DNA of 58,752 bases from an uncultured Anaerolineales bacterium (GCA_964560795.1 CAZLNX010000002.1:1-58752), one strand, 5' to 3'; numbered from the stretch's first letter, positions 47,448 through 57,572 are shown. The notes: a model not told the origin generated them from the sequence alone. Program-made: numbers and translations.

Positions 47448-48323
47448 TTATTCTTGCAGTTCATCCTCAAAGCCTGGGGATTCCAAATTGTCGTTTGGTT
47501 GAAATATTGGATAACAGTTACGGATTTTTGCGGCTAACCAAACCGGATTATAGTCACGGGCATACACTTCTTCAACCAAATCCGCCTGGTGACGCCCACC
47601 GGGCGATAAGGGCAGCAAACCAGTGCTGATGAAACTAACTTTGCGGAATAAGGTCGAGCCCATCGCCCACACATTCAACACCATGTTCCTGGATGGCAAC
47701 CAAGTCCAGAATTCCACATTCGTTGTCGTGGAGCGAAGTGGAGCAATCACCCGCCCAGGCTTCCACCAGTTGTTCTGATTCTTCAATCGAACAATCCCTA
47801 TCTCCGGATATTCAGCAAGAATATCCAAACATTTCTGGATATATGGCTCATGGCAATCCACTACCATATCATCCTCAATCAACATGAGGAACTCGCCCCG
47901 GGCACACTGATAAGCATCATTCAGCGCCGCAGCCATGCCTAGATTCTCAGGATGCGCAATGATGGTATCAAAGAAATCAAGCCCGCGAGCATACTCCACT
48001 AATTCTTCTCCTGAACCATTATCTACCAGGATCTTTTCCAGCTTGGGATACGTCTCAACCTCGGTAAAGAACGGCACCAGGCTCTCGCACAGGCGTTTGA
48101 ACTCCGGCAGACGCTTGCACGAGAGTACTACCAAGGTTACCAAACCATCTTCGAATTCGGCGATCTTCTTGCTATCCCGAATCAGCTCCCTCGTTTTCGG
48201 CCGCCTGCGCAATACGTCATACTGCAATCGCAATCTTGATACCAGCTTCGCCTGTCCAAAGTTGGGCGGATCAGGTTGTTTCTCTTGCGCCCATTGGGGC
48301 CTGACTTCAAATTTGTTCGTCAT
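47448..48323 (-). CDS. Glycosyltransferase family 2-like (copy 1)
   Basis: LVDNGSG, ENLGMAAALN, MLIEDD; TGATG coupling to the upstream GT4. Confidence 0.82.
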   Translation of the reverse strand: MTNKFEVRPQWAQEKQPDPPNFGQAKLVSRLRLQYDVLRRRPKTRELIRDSKKIAEFEDGLVTLVVLSCKRLPEFKRLCESLVPFFTEVETYPKLEKILVDNGSGEELVEYARGLDFFDTIIAHPENLGMAAALNDAYQCARGEFLMLIEDDMVVDCHEPYIQKCLDILAEYPEIGIVRLKNQNNWWKPGRVIAPLRSTTTNVEFWTWLPSRNMVLNVWAMGSTLFRKVSFISTGLLPLSPGGRHQADLVEEVYARDYNPVWLAAKIRNCYPIFQPNDNLESPGFEDELQE

Positions 48324-49351
48324 CAACTTTCGCCTTCATCTGCTTGCTTTCCTAATAAATTTGCAAATGCCTTTCGGTAATTGACCACATTTTTCTCCCA
48401 AGTCCAATCCTTGACAATTCGATCTCTAATCTTTGTAGACATTGCTCGATGTTCTTGGGGCGTGAGTCGTTGAATATTTTTTAGCTCTGCAACAATGGTA
48501 CCAGCTTGTGGATCAACAAAAAAACCATTTACACCATGTTCAATTAATTCTGGCATATTGCCAACACGAGTCGTGATCACAGGCACCCCGCAAGCGGCAG
48601 CCTCCAGGGCAGGGTTTGGGGTACCCTCATGCCAACTGGTACACAGGTAATAATCGAGACCTTGATAATACTTGCGCATTTCTTTGGCTGAACGCAACTC
48701 CGATTTGAATGCGTTCTTTTGTGGAGCAATCACATCGAACTCGAAATTATTCCCATCCAATTTTCCGCGGACGTCTTCAAAAGTGGAGTAATTTTTCGCA
48801 GCTTTTATTTTTCCAACCCATCCCACGCGAATTTGATTGGATGGATATTTCGGTGTATCTATGGGACGAAAGAAATCTGCATCGACACCATTAGGGGCAT
48901 ATATCAAATTATCAATATGTGGCGAAAGAAAGTCGTGCAAAATCCGAGAATTCACCGTCACTAAGCTTATTTTTTGAAGTGTCTCAAGCGCAGTGGCGAA
49001 AACTTCACCTGGATCGCTACCAACCTTAATAGTTTGCTGAGGATCCAAGCCCCCACCAATATTATAATGACTGGTAACGCTGGCCATAAAATGATGGAAA
49101 TCACCATCATTAAAGGAACACCTGCCGGTCCGTAACAAACTCAAAATGATGCGCCAACTCGCAAAATATATTGGCTGATTGCGGAGTTTACCCCGATTCC
49201 AGCGTTGAGCAAATTCATCTGCCGATAGGATTCGGAATTGATAATCATCCAGGTAGCGCGATAAAATTTCCTTTCGTTTTTCCTGAATCCAACCCTTTTG
49301 GTCAACAACGAAATAGATTAGCGGTTTAGTATTAAATTTGCTCAACATCAT
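48323..49351 (-). CDS. Glycosyltransferase family 4
   Basis: PNGVDADFF, VGWVG, EGTPNPALEAAACG, VGNMPELIEHGVNG. Confidence 0.9.
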   Translation of the reverse strand: MMLSKFNTKPLIYFVVDQKGWIQEKRKEILSRYLDDYQFRILSADEFAQRWNRGKLRNQPIYFASWRIILSLLRTGRCSFNDGDFHHFMASVTSHYNIGGGLDPQQTIKVGSDPGEVFATALETLQKISLVTVNSRILHDFLSPHIDNLIYAPNGVDADFFRPIDTPKYPSNQIRVGWVGKIKAAKNYSTFEDVRGKLDGNNFEFDVIAPQKNAFKSELRSAKEMRKYYQGLDYYLCTSWHEGTPNPALEAAACGVPVITTRVGNMPELIEHGVNGFFVDPQAGTIVAELKNIQRLTPQEHRAMSTKIRDRIVKDWTWEKNVVNYRKAFANLLGKQADEGES

Positions 49352-50199
49352 TATCTTTTTTTGAAAACCGAATTTACGATTTCGTCACCTGTGATCATCT
49401 GGAATCCCACCTTTCCCATCAAGTATTCCAGTGTAGCGAGATCAAAATAATATAGGTGGGCAATTTGAATACCCTCATGGAAATCAGAATCTGGATTTTT
49501 TGTTCCCGGAACCTCAATATAGACCACGCCATTTTTCTTCAGAATGCCCCTCATACTTTTCATAAATTCAACTGGATCAGGAATATGTTCCAGCAAATGG
49601 CTAAGAATTATTATGTCAGCCTGGATTTCGGCATCTTTTAGAACGTCGAGGCTGCCAAATAGGGTTGGAATGTTCTGCGCATTACTGTAATCAACACATT
49701 GTTTATCTAATTCGCACCCCCACACCTGATTGTCTTTCTCCTGGAACGCTTTTAATATCCCACCTGGTCCGCAGCCAACTTCTACAACAGTTTTTTTCTC
49801 AGTATCCACACCTGTTTCTAGGAGATACTCTAAGATGCGTTTCCCCCTTCGGTAGCTACGAAAAAAGTATTCTTGACCGATCTTAACGGTTCCTCGATAC
49901 AGTGTTCGATATAGTTTGCGGTAATCTTCCTGGTAAAACTGCACTAATGCTTCCGCTGTTGGTCTTGGAGACTGAATCCCCAGACCACAGTTGTTACATC
50001 GCTTTATGAAAACAGGTATTCCAAAACGATCCTGATCCGCAACCTGTTCAAATTGTTCACCACCACACAAGCATACATCAATAGTTTCAAATGAGTACGT
50101 CCCATTCTTGAACCTATTCAAGATTGTCAAACGCTTCCACCGACGAATAAAATTTTGTGTCTTCCGCTTAGCAATCATAAATTTTGACAAAGATCCCAA
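49351..50199 (-). CDS. Class I SAM-dependent methyltransferase with N-terminal Cys (Zn) motif
   Basis: CLCG...CNNCGL, VEVGCGPG, SHLLEHIPDP, YIEVP, HLYYF. Confidence 0.9.
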   Translation of the reverse strand: MGSLSKFMIAKRKTQNFIRRWKRLTILNRFKNGTYSFETIDVCLCGGEQFEQVADQDRFGIPVFIKRCNNCGLGIQSPRPTAEALVQFYQEDYRKLYRTLYRGTVKIGQEYFFRSYRRGKRILEYLLETGVDTEKKTVVEVGCGPGGILKAFQEKDNQVWGCELDKQCVDYSNAQNIPTLFGSLDVLKDAEIQADIIILSHLLEHIPDPVEFMKSMRGILKKNGVVYIEVPGTKNPDSDFHEGIQIAHLYYFDLATLEYLMGKVGFQMITGDEIVNSVFKKR

Positions 50200-50345
50200 G
50201 CCTGCCTCACTTTTTCGAACGTTCTAAAAACAGTGATTAAAACAATCCGCGTTGATGGATATATCTTGCAAGAAAGAATTCCGAAAACCCCTACTATCCC
50301 AAATAGCGTATGCAAAGTCCAATTACAGTAATTCATTGTGCAAAA

Positions 50346-51272
50346 TCATGCCTTATTAATTAAATTAACTGCCGACAACATATTTCGAACGTAACTTCTC
50401 ACCCGCTTAGGAAAAATATTTTTTATTTTCTTCGCAAATGGTAAGAGATAGTTAACAACGCGCGCCGAATAGAATACCCGATCCAATTTCCAGAATGATA
50501 CGTGGGTGTTTGTCCAATAAGAATTATGTCTGGCCAATACCCATCTATTCATTGAATGTATATTTATGTTCGGCAATTCTTTGATTACTACCAACCCAGA
50601 TGCATCAATAATCTCTCGCCATGTAGATTTATTCAACATCCAAGATAACTGCGTGCCCGTCCTATGACGCGCAAATGATTCTTGCATATCCGAATCATAT
50701 ATCTCAAAATAATCATCGAGTACAGGAACACTTACATAAGCCAATCCATCTGGCTTCAAAATATCGTGCGTTTTGCGAAAGGCTTCCACGGGCTGCGGGA
50801 AGTGTTCAAAAACGCCAATGCTCAATACATAGTCGAATTTTTCGGCGAATTGATAATCCGAAAACTCGCCCACAATAAACCTAGAACTATTTGTGCGTTG
50901 TTTTGCAACCTCAATGCCTTCTTTCGAAAAATCAATCCCCCATAAAGACAAATCCAAACCTCTGAGAAATCCATTGTCCAAAATCTCTTCGATTTTTGCA
51001 AGGGTAGCGCCACTCCCACAGCCAATATCGATTAGATTTCCAGAAACAAGTTCCAATCCATAGCATTCATAAATTTTTTGAAGCATTCTCATGGCAAATA
51101 CAGCTCTACGAAAATTATCCCAACGATAAGGACTACGCTTTAGGTGTCTATCATACCAAGATACAATTTCTAATTCCCATTTGGTATTATTAAATTTTTC
51201 ATTGGCACTTTCAGGTTTTGATAGATATTCTTCAAAAATTGTTGCTAAGCGTTTTTCAATATTAGTTGACAT
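50346..51272 (-). CDS. Class I SAM-dependent methyltransferase
   Basis: IDIGCGSG, GIDFS, FDYVLSIGVFEHF, LKPDG. Start is ATG 51272 or TTG 51296. Confidence 0.88.
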   Translation of the reverse strand: MSTNIEKRLATIFEEYLSKPESANEKFNNTKWELEIVSWYDRHLKRSPYRWDNFRRAVFAMRMLQKIYECYGLELVSGNLIDIGCGSGATLAKIEEILDNGFLRGLDLSLWGIDFSKEGIEVAKQRTNSSRFIVGEFSDYQFAEKFDYVLSIGVFEHFPQPVEAFRKTHDILKPDGLAYVSVPVLDDYFEIYDSDMQESFARHRTGTQLSWMLNKSTWREIIDASGLVVIKELPNINIHSMNRWVLARHNSYWTNTHVSFWKLDRVFYSARVVNYLLPFAKKIKNIFPKRVRSYVRNMLSAVNLINKA

Positions 51273-51401
51273 AAATTCACTCGCTGATATTTGCAAACAT
51301 TTTCTAACATAATTTTCAATCTATAATCAAATTTGTCAATAATCCTAAACAAGAAATAACACAAAATTCTTATACTATCCCGCATCAGCAAACATGCGGG
51401 A

Positions 51402-53168
51402 TTAAGGGTTCCACAAAGCGTTTCCAGGTGATCCCCAAGAACAGCTGACAAATTCAATGATATTGCCGCCATACGCTTTTCTTAGTATATTTAAAAACTT
51501 GGAAACTCCTCTATGAGTTGAATTATCAAAATATACTTTGCCTTTTGATGCCACAATCAATGGATAAATAATCGAAAATTCATCCCAAACATGCTGAAAT
51601 TCATGATTGCTATCCAGAAATGCAAAATCAATATAATCTTTTTGTTCAACGAAATCCGCCAAAAAGCTTATGCTATTCTGATTATTAAAATGTACATACT
51701 CACTCAGGCCAGCCCGTTCAACATTTTGTTTTGCCAAATTAATATTTTCATCATCAATATCAACAGTATGTACTATTCCTGGCACATCTAGGTCCTTAAG
51801 TGCTTGTGCCATTATGATCGTAGAGATTCCCATATTCGTACCTGTTTCTAAAACAACTACATTGCGACCATCTGTTGGCAAGCTACACAATAGTGAATAA
51901 TAAAGAAGATTCCATGCTGGATATCCAATAGAAAGACCTGTCTTACCTTTCGCAAAATCAAGATTATCTGTTTCAGCCTCTAATGTCGCAATATACTCAT
52001 TTGGCAAAAACGAGTAGTCATAGTCAAAAATGCGAAAGTTACGCTTCTTTGGAGGGAAAGAAATATACAAGTCTTGTTTTTTCTTTGCTTGGTAATATAT
52101 CAAACGGTTTCCAGGATATTTCAGAAATGCCACCCCCGTGAGATAAATACTGCTTGCCAACAACCGCTTCTTGTAGTTTTTTAGTATTTTCACAAGCTGC
52201 AATATTACCCTTTTCATTACAGACCTCCAATATTTAATTCCTTTCATTCGATTGAACTTCCAATAGCGATAATTTTTTATCAGATAAGATTGTTTAGACT
52301 TCCCCGAAGATTCATCTTCGTCAAACAACGCGCGCCAAAAAACTTTGTATTCGGGTCTGGACAACCTAGCCTTTGATAGTACTTGTAATCGCGATTCGAT
52401 ACCTGTTTTTTTCAATAGATCTTGCCATGAGTGTTTATGTGCTCTCCATTCACCATAAATATGGTCAAAACCTTTTGTTGAATCGTGAAACATATGGCGA
52501 TCATCAGCTTCAACATATTCTGTCAAGAAATCCGGCTGTAAACCAAGATTATATGCAGCTGGAGCAAGGAAATATTGGTCATTTTTGACACTTGCATACT
52601 GATTGTAATAGTGATCTATATAGTGTACCCATAATTCCACAAGATCGTAGAAATGTTGACTTGGAATACTCCAACAGCCTGAATTGAAGAAGAATTTGTC
52701 AGGTGGTAGTATTATCTTCTCGCTTTCAAGAAATTCGTAAAAATCTTTTCTATCAGAAATTTTCGCTTCTTCCCGATATATTTTATCAACCCAAAAATGT
52801 CCTTCTATCCGCTCTAAAAACCGTTTCATTTCCGAATGAACATATACGTCTACATCAAAGTGCAAAATGTTTTGATATTCGGACATTAATTTCCTTGGGA
52901 TTTTTTGTAAGGCAAGCGGCTTAAATATCGTTTTGGCAGCGTTTTCCGGAATCTCAACGTCCACACGGTAACACCAAATGTCAGGAAATAAGTTACTAAC
53001 AATATTTTCTTCTTGCTTTGACGATACGACAATACCAATGTCCCCGTCCCAATCCCCGTTTTCAATTAAAGAAAGAATGGATGCACACGCCCACCGAACA
53101 TACACCATTCCCGTAGCACAGTAAAGCAGAAAAAAATTATTCTCGTTTTGGGCCATATTTTCTTCCAA
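51402..53168 (-). CDS. GT-A (GT8-like) domain fused to a class I methyltransferase (Methyltransf_24-like)
   Basis: N-half: KPL, HFDVD, FFNSG, NDQYFL. C-half: VLETGTNMGIST, TVDID, DFAFLDSNH, FDN. Internal GGAGG-ATG at 52217. Confidence 0.75.
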   Translation of the reverse strand: MEENMAQNENNFFLLYCATGMVYVRWACASILSLIENGDWDGDIGIVVSSKQEENIVSNLFPDIWCYRVDVEIPENAAKTIFKPLALQKIPRKLMSEYQNILHFDVDVYVHSEMKRFLERIEGHFWVDKIYREEAKISDRKDFYEFLESEKIILPPDKFFFNSGCWSIPSQHFYDLVELWVHYIDHYYNQYASVKNDQYFLAPAAYNLGLQPDFLTEYVEADDRHMFHDSTKGFDHIYGEWRAHKHSWQDLLKKTGIESRLQVLSKARLSRPEYKVFWRALFDEDESSGKSKQSYLIKNYRYWKFNRMKGIKYWRSVMKRVILQLVKILKNYKKRLLASSIYLTGVAFLKYPGNRLIYYQAKKKQDLYISFPPKKRNFRIFDYDYSFLPNEYIATLEAETDNLDFAKGKTGLSIGYPAWNLLYYSLLCSLPTDGRNVVVLETGTNMGISTIIMAQALKDLDVPGIVHTVDIDDENINLAKQNVERAGLSEYVHFNNQNSISFLADFVEQKDYIDFAFLDSNHEFQHVWDEFSIIYPLIVASKGKVYFDNSTHRGVSKFLNILRKAYGGNIIEFVSCSWGSPGNALWNP

Positions 53169-53247
53169 ATTGAACTAAATCAAAAATCTATTTTGGCCGA
53201 CAAATCATGCGAGGATCAGAATGATTGAATAAGAAAATAGATCTAAC

Positions 53248-54165
53248 TCATTCTTGATGAACAATACTCTCAAATAATCCGTCATTGCTATATTCCTTCG
53301 TCACGGCAATGATTACTTCGGTACTAATTAGATCTGGATCGAGACTACTAAACATATGGTAAACAGATAAATCATCACCCAATCGATAAATTTCAAAATC
53401 ATAATCCAATAATATTTTTATGATAGCCTCTGAATCACTAAATTGCTCTGGAAATTGTTTGTGATGCAACTCACAGAGAATCACCTTCAGTCCTGCATCA
53501 GCTAAAACATTTCGGGCGCCTTCCAGTACCGCTCTTTCAAAACCTTCAACATCTATTTTTATCATATCCATTCGTGGATATTCATCAAGGAATGAATCAA
53601 GTGTTGATACCGGGACTTTGATAGAGTCTGCCTCAACATCTATGTTTGGAATCAAAGAATGTTCACCTGAATACCTCGATAACCATAAATCGGCTTCCCC
53701 TTCATCATTGCCAAGAGCTATCTGGAACGCGCTAACATTTGTACAGCCATTCAAATGCAAGTTCCTATTGAGCCAATGGAAATTCTCGGGATCTGGTTCA
53801 ATTGCCAAAACTCTTCCAAACCTGCCCACCTTACTTGCCGCAAGCACTGCATATATGCCTGCATGGCTACCAATATCAACAACTGTCCACCCTTCCTTCG
53901 CAATCTGACCGAAAAAATCAAGGCTAAATTGATCACGAGCTCCTCCGAACTGGGAAGTTAAATACCAGGTGCGATGCTGCTGCATCTTCTTTGGATTAAT
54001 AATGAGTTTATGTCCCGTCATTCCAAGTACGATTTCTCCAGCTGGAATTAGCTTACTCAGAAGGCCGCTTCTCCAGAGAGTTTTTCGACGCAAGGCCGGG
54101 ATACGGTAAAGAAATTGACAAATTGCCCTTTGGGCAACAACTAAAGTGACTTTGAAAAAATTCAT
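53248..54165 (-). CDS. FkbM family methyltransferase
   Basis: VVDIGSHAGIY, AIEPDP, TLDS, MIKIDVEGFE..VLEGA. Confidence 0.92.
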   Translation of the reverse strand: MNFFKVTLVVAQRAICQFLYRIPALRRKTLWRSGLLSKLIPAGEIVLGMTGHKLIINPKKMQQHRTWYLTSQFGGARDQFSLDFFGQIAKEGWTVVDIGSHAGIYAVLAASKVGRFGRVLAIEPDPENFHWLNRNLHLNGCTNVSAFQIALGNDEGEADLWLSRYSGEHSLIPNIDVEADSIKVPVSTLDSFLDEYPRMDMIKIDVEGFERAVLEGARNVLADAGLKVILCELHHKQFPEQFSDSEAIIKILLDYDFEIYRLGDDLSVYHMFSSLDPDLISTEVIIAVTKEYSNDGLFESIVHQE

Positions 54166-54355
54166 CGTATTCCCTTAAACGAAATCACCTTGATCAGGAC
54201 AACCTACTATCAGCCATTCGTATCAAATGAAGGCATCAGGACGCATTATTTGGTCGATATCCTATACAGGGATTCTTTGAATTGTCTCTGGAAGACTGGA
54301 GGTTAAAGTATGGAAATTATGAAAAACTTGCAAAATTGGGGGAAGCTTTGGCCTA

Positions 54356-55750
54356 CTATGAACAAAACCAAAAAGCGTTGTCAAACCATTGAATGGCATC
54401 GGTGGTGGTAAAGTGGCCTTCCTCTATTAATTGTTGTACCAAAGGATAGCTAAGCAGTTTTTCGCGCTCAATCACTTGTTGGGTAAAAACTGGAACACAA
54501 TAATCGCCGCCCCTTTGTTTATCTGCAATATGGGAGAGTACACCCATGCGATGATTGCCGTCAGTGTAGACAAAGACATCACCAAATTCTGGATGCACCA
54601 GGCGAAAGCCGGGAATTGCTGTTCCCCTTTCATCAAATCCAGACTCCAACATCGAAGAGATTAACGCCAAAAACTTGGCATACGTTACTGGGAAAGCCTT
54701 CAACCTATTCTTGATCTCTTTATCGTCAGCAGTTTTGGGTTTCACACTCCAGGGAACAATCCAGTACTTGGGAGGCTGATCCAATCCATCAGGCAAATGA
54801 GCCACCCCAGGGGTAAGCCAATTTTCCTGTGCGGTACGCAGTCGATAATATCGGGTTTGAGCAATATCAAATTCATCCCGCCCCTTTTCTTCTACTACAT
54901 CAACCACTTCTCGCTCAGCGTTCATGTGGGCTGGCAGAAAATACTTACTCACCATCCGGTCAATAGGAAATGTTTCAGCTTCACGAGGTGTGTTCGATCG
55001 AGCTAAGATAATCAACCCGCGCGGGTGATCATAAGTTGTTTCTTTTACAATGGTCAATCCCGCAGCATTGATGATAGCCATCAAAGATTCGCGTCCCTTT
55101 CCGCGCCCTTCATCTTCGAGTTGGTTGGCCTGGAAGAGCAGATATTCCGCAGCGCGCGCCAGGCTAAGCAGCGTATTTACCTGCAATTCGAAGACCTCTC
55201 CTTCCGAGAGATGAACATAATCATCCGATTTTCCGATATGGTAGATTACATTCAAAAGAAAGGCCAAATCAAACTTACCAAAAGCGCTCTCATAATCGAA
55301 ATCTTCCATTGCCCCTTGGAAAATTCGCACAGGATGGTAGCTATTCTTCAACCTGGAAAATGTCCGCGCTACAAATCGAGCTTGTTTATAATAGCGATCG
55401 TCCTTTTCGATGCCGATGGCCTCACGTGCACCCTGACGGACACATTCATTCAAGAATAGCCCGGCGTTACAACCAACTTCCAGGATACGCTTACCCGCAA
55501 GATCAAATGGCAAATTAGGCTCGATGAATGACTTCCATTTTTGGATGCCGCGATCAAGGGAGCTGGTTGTATAACGCGCGCCGCTTTTGGTAACAGCTAC
55601 AGTCTCCAAACCATGCCCAAAAGATATCGGTTGATACCAGGGAGAAAGACGGTTAATTTCTGATCGCAACTCTCGGCGCAATCCAAAATGTCTACTCTCG
55701 TTCGAGATTTTATTTTTTATGTTTTCAAGCTTTTTGAGTATTCTATTCAT
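54356..55750 (-). CDS. Class I methyltransferase (CmoB/WbdD-like) fused to a C-terminal ParB/Srx-like domain
   Basis: PWYQPI, DLAGKRILEVGCNAG, FDLAFLLNVIYHI; C-terminal LISSMLESGF...YTDGNHRMGVL. Confidence 0.72.
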   Translation of the reverse strand: MNRILKKLENIKNKISNESRHFGLRRELRSEINRLSPWYQPISFGHGLETVAVTKSGARYTTSSLDRGIQKWKSFIEPNLPFDLAGKRILEVGCNAGLFLNECVRQGAREAIGIEKDDRYYKQARFVARTFSRLKNSYHPVRIFQGAMEDFDYESAFGKFDLAFLLNVIYHIGKSDDYVHLSEGEVFELQVNTLLSLARAAEYLLFQANQLEDEGRGKGRESLMAIINAAGLTIVKETTYDHPRGLIILARSNTPREAETFPIDRMVSKYFLPAHMNAEREVVDVVEEKGRDEFDIAQTRYYRLRTAQENWLTPGVAHLPDGLDQPPKYWIVPWSVKPKTADDKEIKNRLKAFPVTYAKFLALISSMLESGFDERGTAIPGFRLVHPEFGDVFVYTDGNHRMGVLSHIADKQRGGDYCVPVFTQQVIEREKLLSYPLVQQLIEEGHFTTTDAIQWFDNAFWFCS

Positions 55751-55785
55751 CTACAATTCTACGTTATTCGATACATTTTTCGTAT

Positions 55786-56805
55786 TCATCCAGCTAAATG
55801 CGACTTTATGAACTCTATCCAGTCAGGTGCCCTTTTCTCCCATGACCATTTTTCTTCAACAATCTTGTGATTATTTGCTCCCATTTCGATCACTTTATCC
55901 CGGTTTGCGAGGAAGAATTCCAGTTTTTCTCGCATTGCTTTGACGTTGCGATCCACTAGAAACCCATTTTCTCCATCCACAAGTAGATCTTCCGACCCAC
56001 CGACACGCGTAGAGATCACTGGCCGACCGCATGCCGAAGCTTCCAAGACACTTAACGAGAATCCCTCTGAGCTAGATGCACACAGGTAAACATCAATTTC
56101 ATTATAGAACTGGGGCATCTGATCCAAGGGCACATATTGTCCATCCTGAGGCATTGCCAGCTTCAGTTCAATTCCCGGCATATTACAGGCTGGCTCAATA
56201 AATTTGCTGATTCCTTTGCGCCAGTCATGTTTTTTGTTCCCGGAAAAACCCACTCTCAGGGGACCCTCTTTACGAATTGGTTTCTCAGGTTTAAATAACT
56301 CTACATCTGCGCCATTTGGCGTATATTGCACGTCCCTCACTCCAGCTTGTTTGAATATTTCAAATAATCGCCAACTAACAGCGTTCACACCTTTGCAGCG
56401 GTTCAAATAGCGCACCAAACTCTTGGGTGGAGGCACATTCAAATCAGGTTGAGAAAGCCTTTCATCCCAGGCATGATGAGAATGAATACCGGTTACTACA
56501 ATCTTGGTATCAAGTTTCGGGAAGCGCTCTACCATCCTGCGTTTTTCAAATAGTGGGATGTAGCGAGCCACACTGCTTGGACGCAGTTCTCCCATCAACT
56601 GCCAACCTAATATGAAAACAAGATCATACCCCACAATGGCTTCTTCAATGGGCTGTTTTCCACCTTTGATGAAAGCAACTCCAAAAGATAAATCGGGATC
56701 ATTGTTATATCGAATTAGTGCCTGAGCTATGGCATCATAAGCCCAATGAGGGCGATCACAAACAAGCAGAATTCGAGTAATTGAGGTTGATTTCATAGTA
56801 TTCAA
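55786..56805 (-). CDS. Glycosyltransferase family 4
   Basis: TPNGAD..LF, VGFSG...RKG, EGFSLSVLEASACG, DGENG. Confidence 0.9.
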   Translation of the reverse strand: MNTMKSTSITRILLVCDRPHWAYDAIAQALIRYNNDPDLSFGVAFIKGGKQPIEEAIVGYDLVFILGWQLMGELRPSSVARYIPLFEKRRMVERFPKLDTKIVVTGIHSHHAWDERLSQPDLNVPPPKSLVRYLNRCKGVNAVSWRLFEIFKQAGVRDVQYTPNGADVELFKPEKPIRKEGPLRVGFSGNKKHDWRKGISKFIEPACNMPGIELKLAMPQDGQYVPLDQMPQFYNEIDVYLCASSSEGFSLSVLEASACGRPVISTRVGGSEDLLVDGENGFLVDRNVKAMREKLEFFLANRDKVIEMGANNHKIVEEKWSWEKRAPDWIEFIKSHLAG

Positions 56806-57572
56806 CTAATTTTTATTGTTTGATTTATTGGTTGGTAGTGCTGCTCGTACGATGTTGGTGTTATGATTCCGAATGGATCTAACCCTCTTTCAACCATATA
56901 TTGGGAAATCTCATCAAGGAAACGGTTGGTCACTTTTTCACGCCTAAGAAACTCTGCATCATCCCTATATTCGTCTTTCTGATTTTCCTTGCCGTAGAAA
57001 TGTGTTTGTCGCTCAGGAGTTAGAACTTTGCTGTAACCATCCAAACCCGCAACGAATATTTGTACAGCGCCCATCACCACTGCCAGGCCAATCGAAAGCA
57101 CTGACACCGACTGACAGCCAGCCATGATCACACCTTCCTGGATATCAAAGCATCTTGCATCATCCTTATGGTACATGATTTCCTCGTAGGCACCTTGATA
57201 ATACTCACGGATAAACCACTTTGCCATATAGGGTGATATTAGCACCTTGCTCTTCTCGGAATCAACCCTATGGGCGTATTTCAGAAAGCGAGCCCGATTT
57301 GTGAAGGCATGGTAATCAGGGTAAATAAATTCGGTGACATTATTGGCGCCGATGACAATGGGGTTCTGATTATCGATAAAATCAAAGATCTGCTGGCGAT
57401 GATCTAACAAAGATGGCCCCAAGCCCAAGACAAGAAATGTCGCCCCTGAATGACGATTGTAGTAAGTGGGCGTTGATAGCGTGGGGACTGTTCGCTTACT
57501 TCGCTCATCTCTTTTTTTCCTAAAATTTCTTATCTTTACTAAACGGGAAATCAATTGATCGAAAGCACCCAT
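56802..57572 (-). CDS. DUF115/Maf/CstII-like domain protein (candidate CMP-ulosonate transferase)
   Basis: VLGLGPSL, VIGANN, PDY, SV..LSIGLAVVMGA.QIFVAGLDGY; TAATG-coupled to the kdsB-like gene. Confidence 0.6.
   Translation of the reverse strand: MGAFDQLISRLVKIRNFRKKRDERSKRTVPTLSTPTYYNRHSGATFLVLGLGPSLLDHRQQIFDFIDNQNPIVIGANNVTEFIYPDYHAFTNRARFLKYAHRVDSEKSKVLISPYMAKWFIREYYQGAYEEIMYHKDDARCFDIQEGVIMAGCQSVSVLSIGLAVVMGAVQIFVAGLDGYSKVLTPERQTHFYGKENQKDEYRDDAEFLRREKVTNRFLDEISQYMVERGLDPFGIITPTSYEQHYQPINQTIKIS

Larger units (their letters stand above)
46517..48323 (-). repeat. Tandem gene duplication (two GT2-like copies)
   Basis: Colinear without gaps; about 42 differences in 291 aa by hand count. 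Confidence 0.9.

Noticed and set aside
51311-51339. Minus-strand TTGACA as an internal promoter
   Set aside because: No acceptable -10 hexamer at 16-18 bp spacing.
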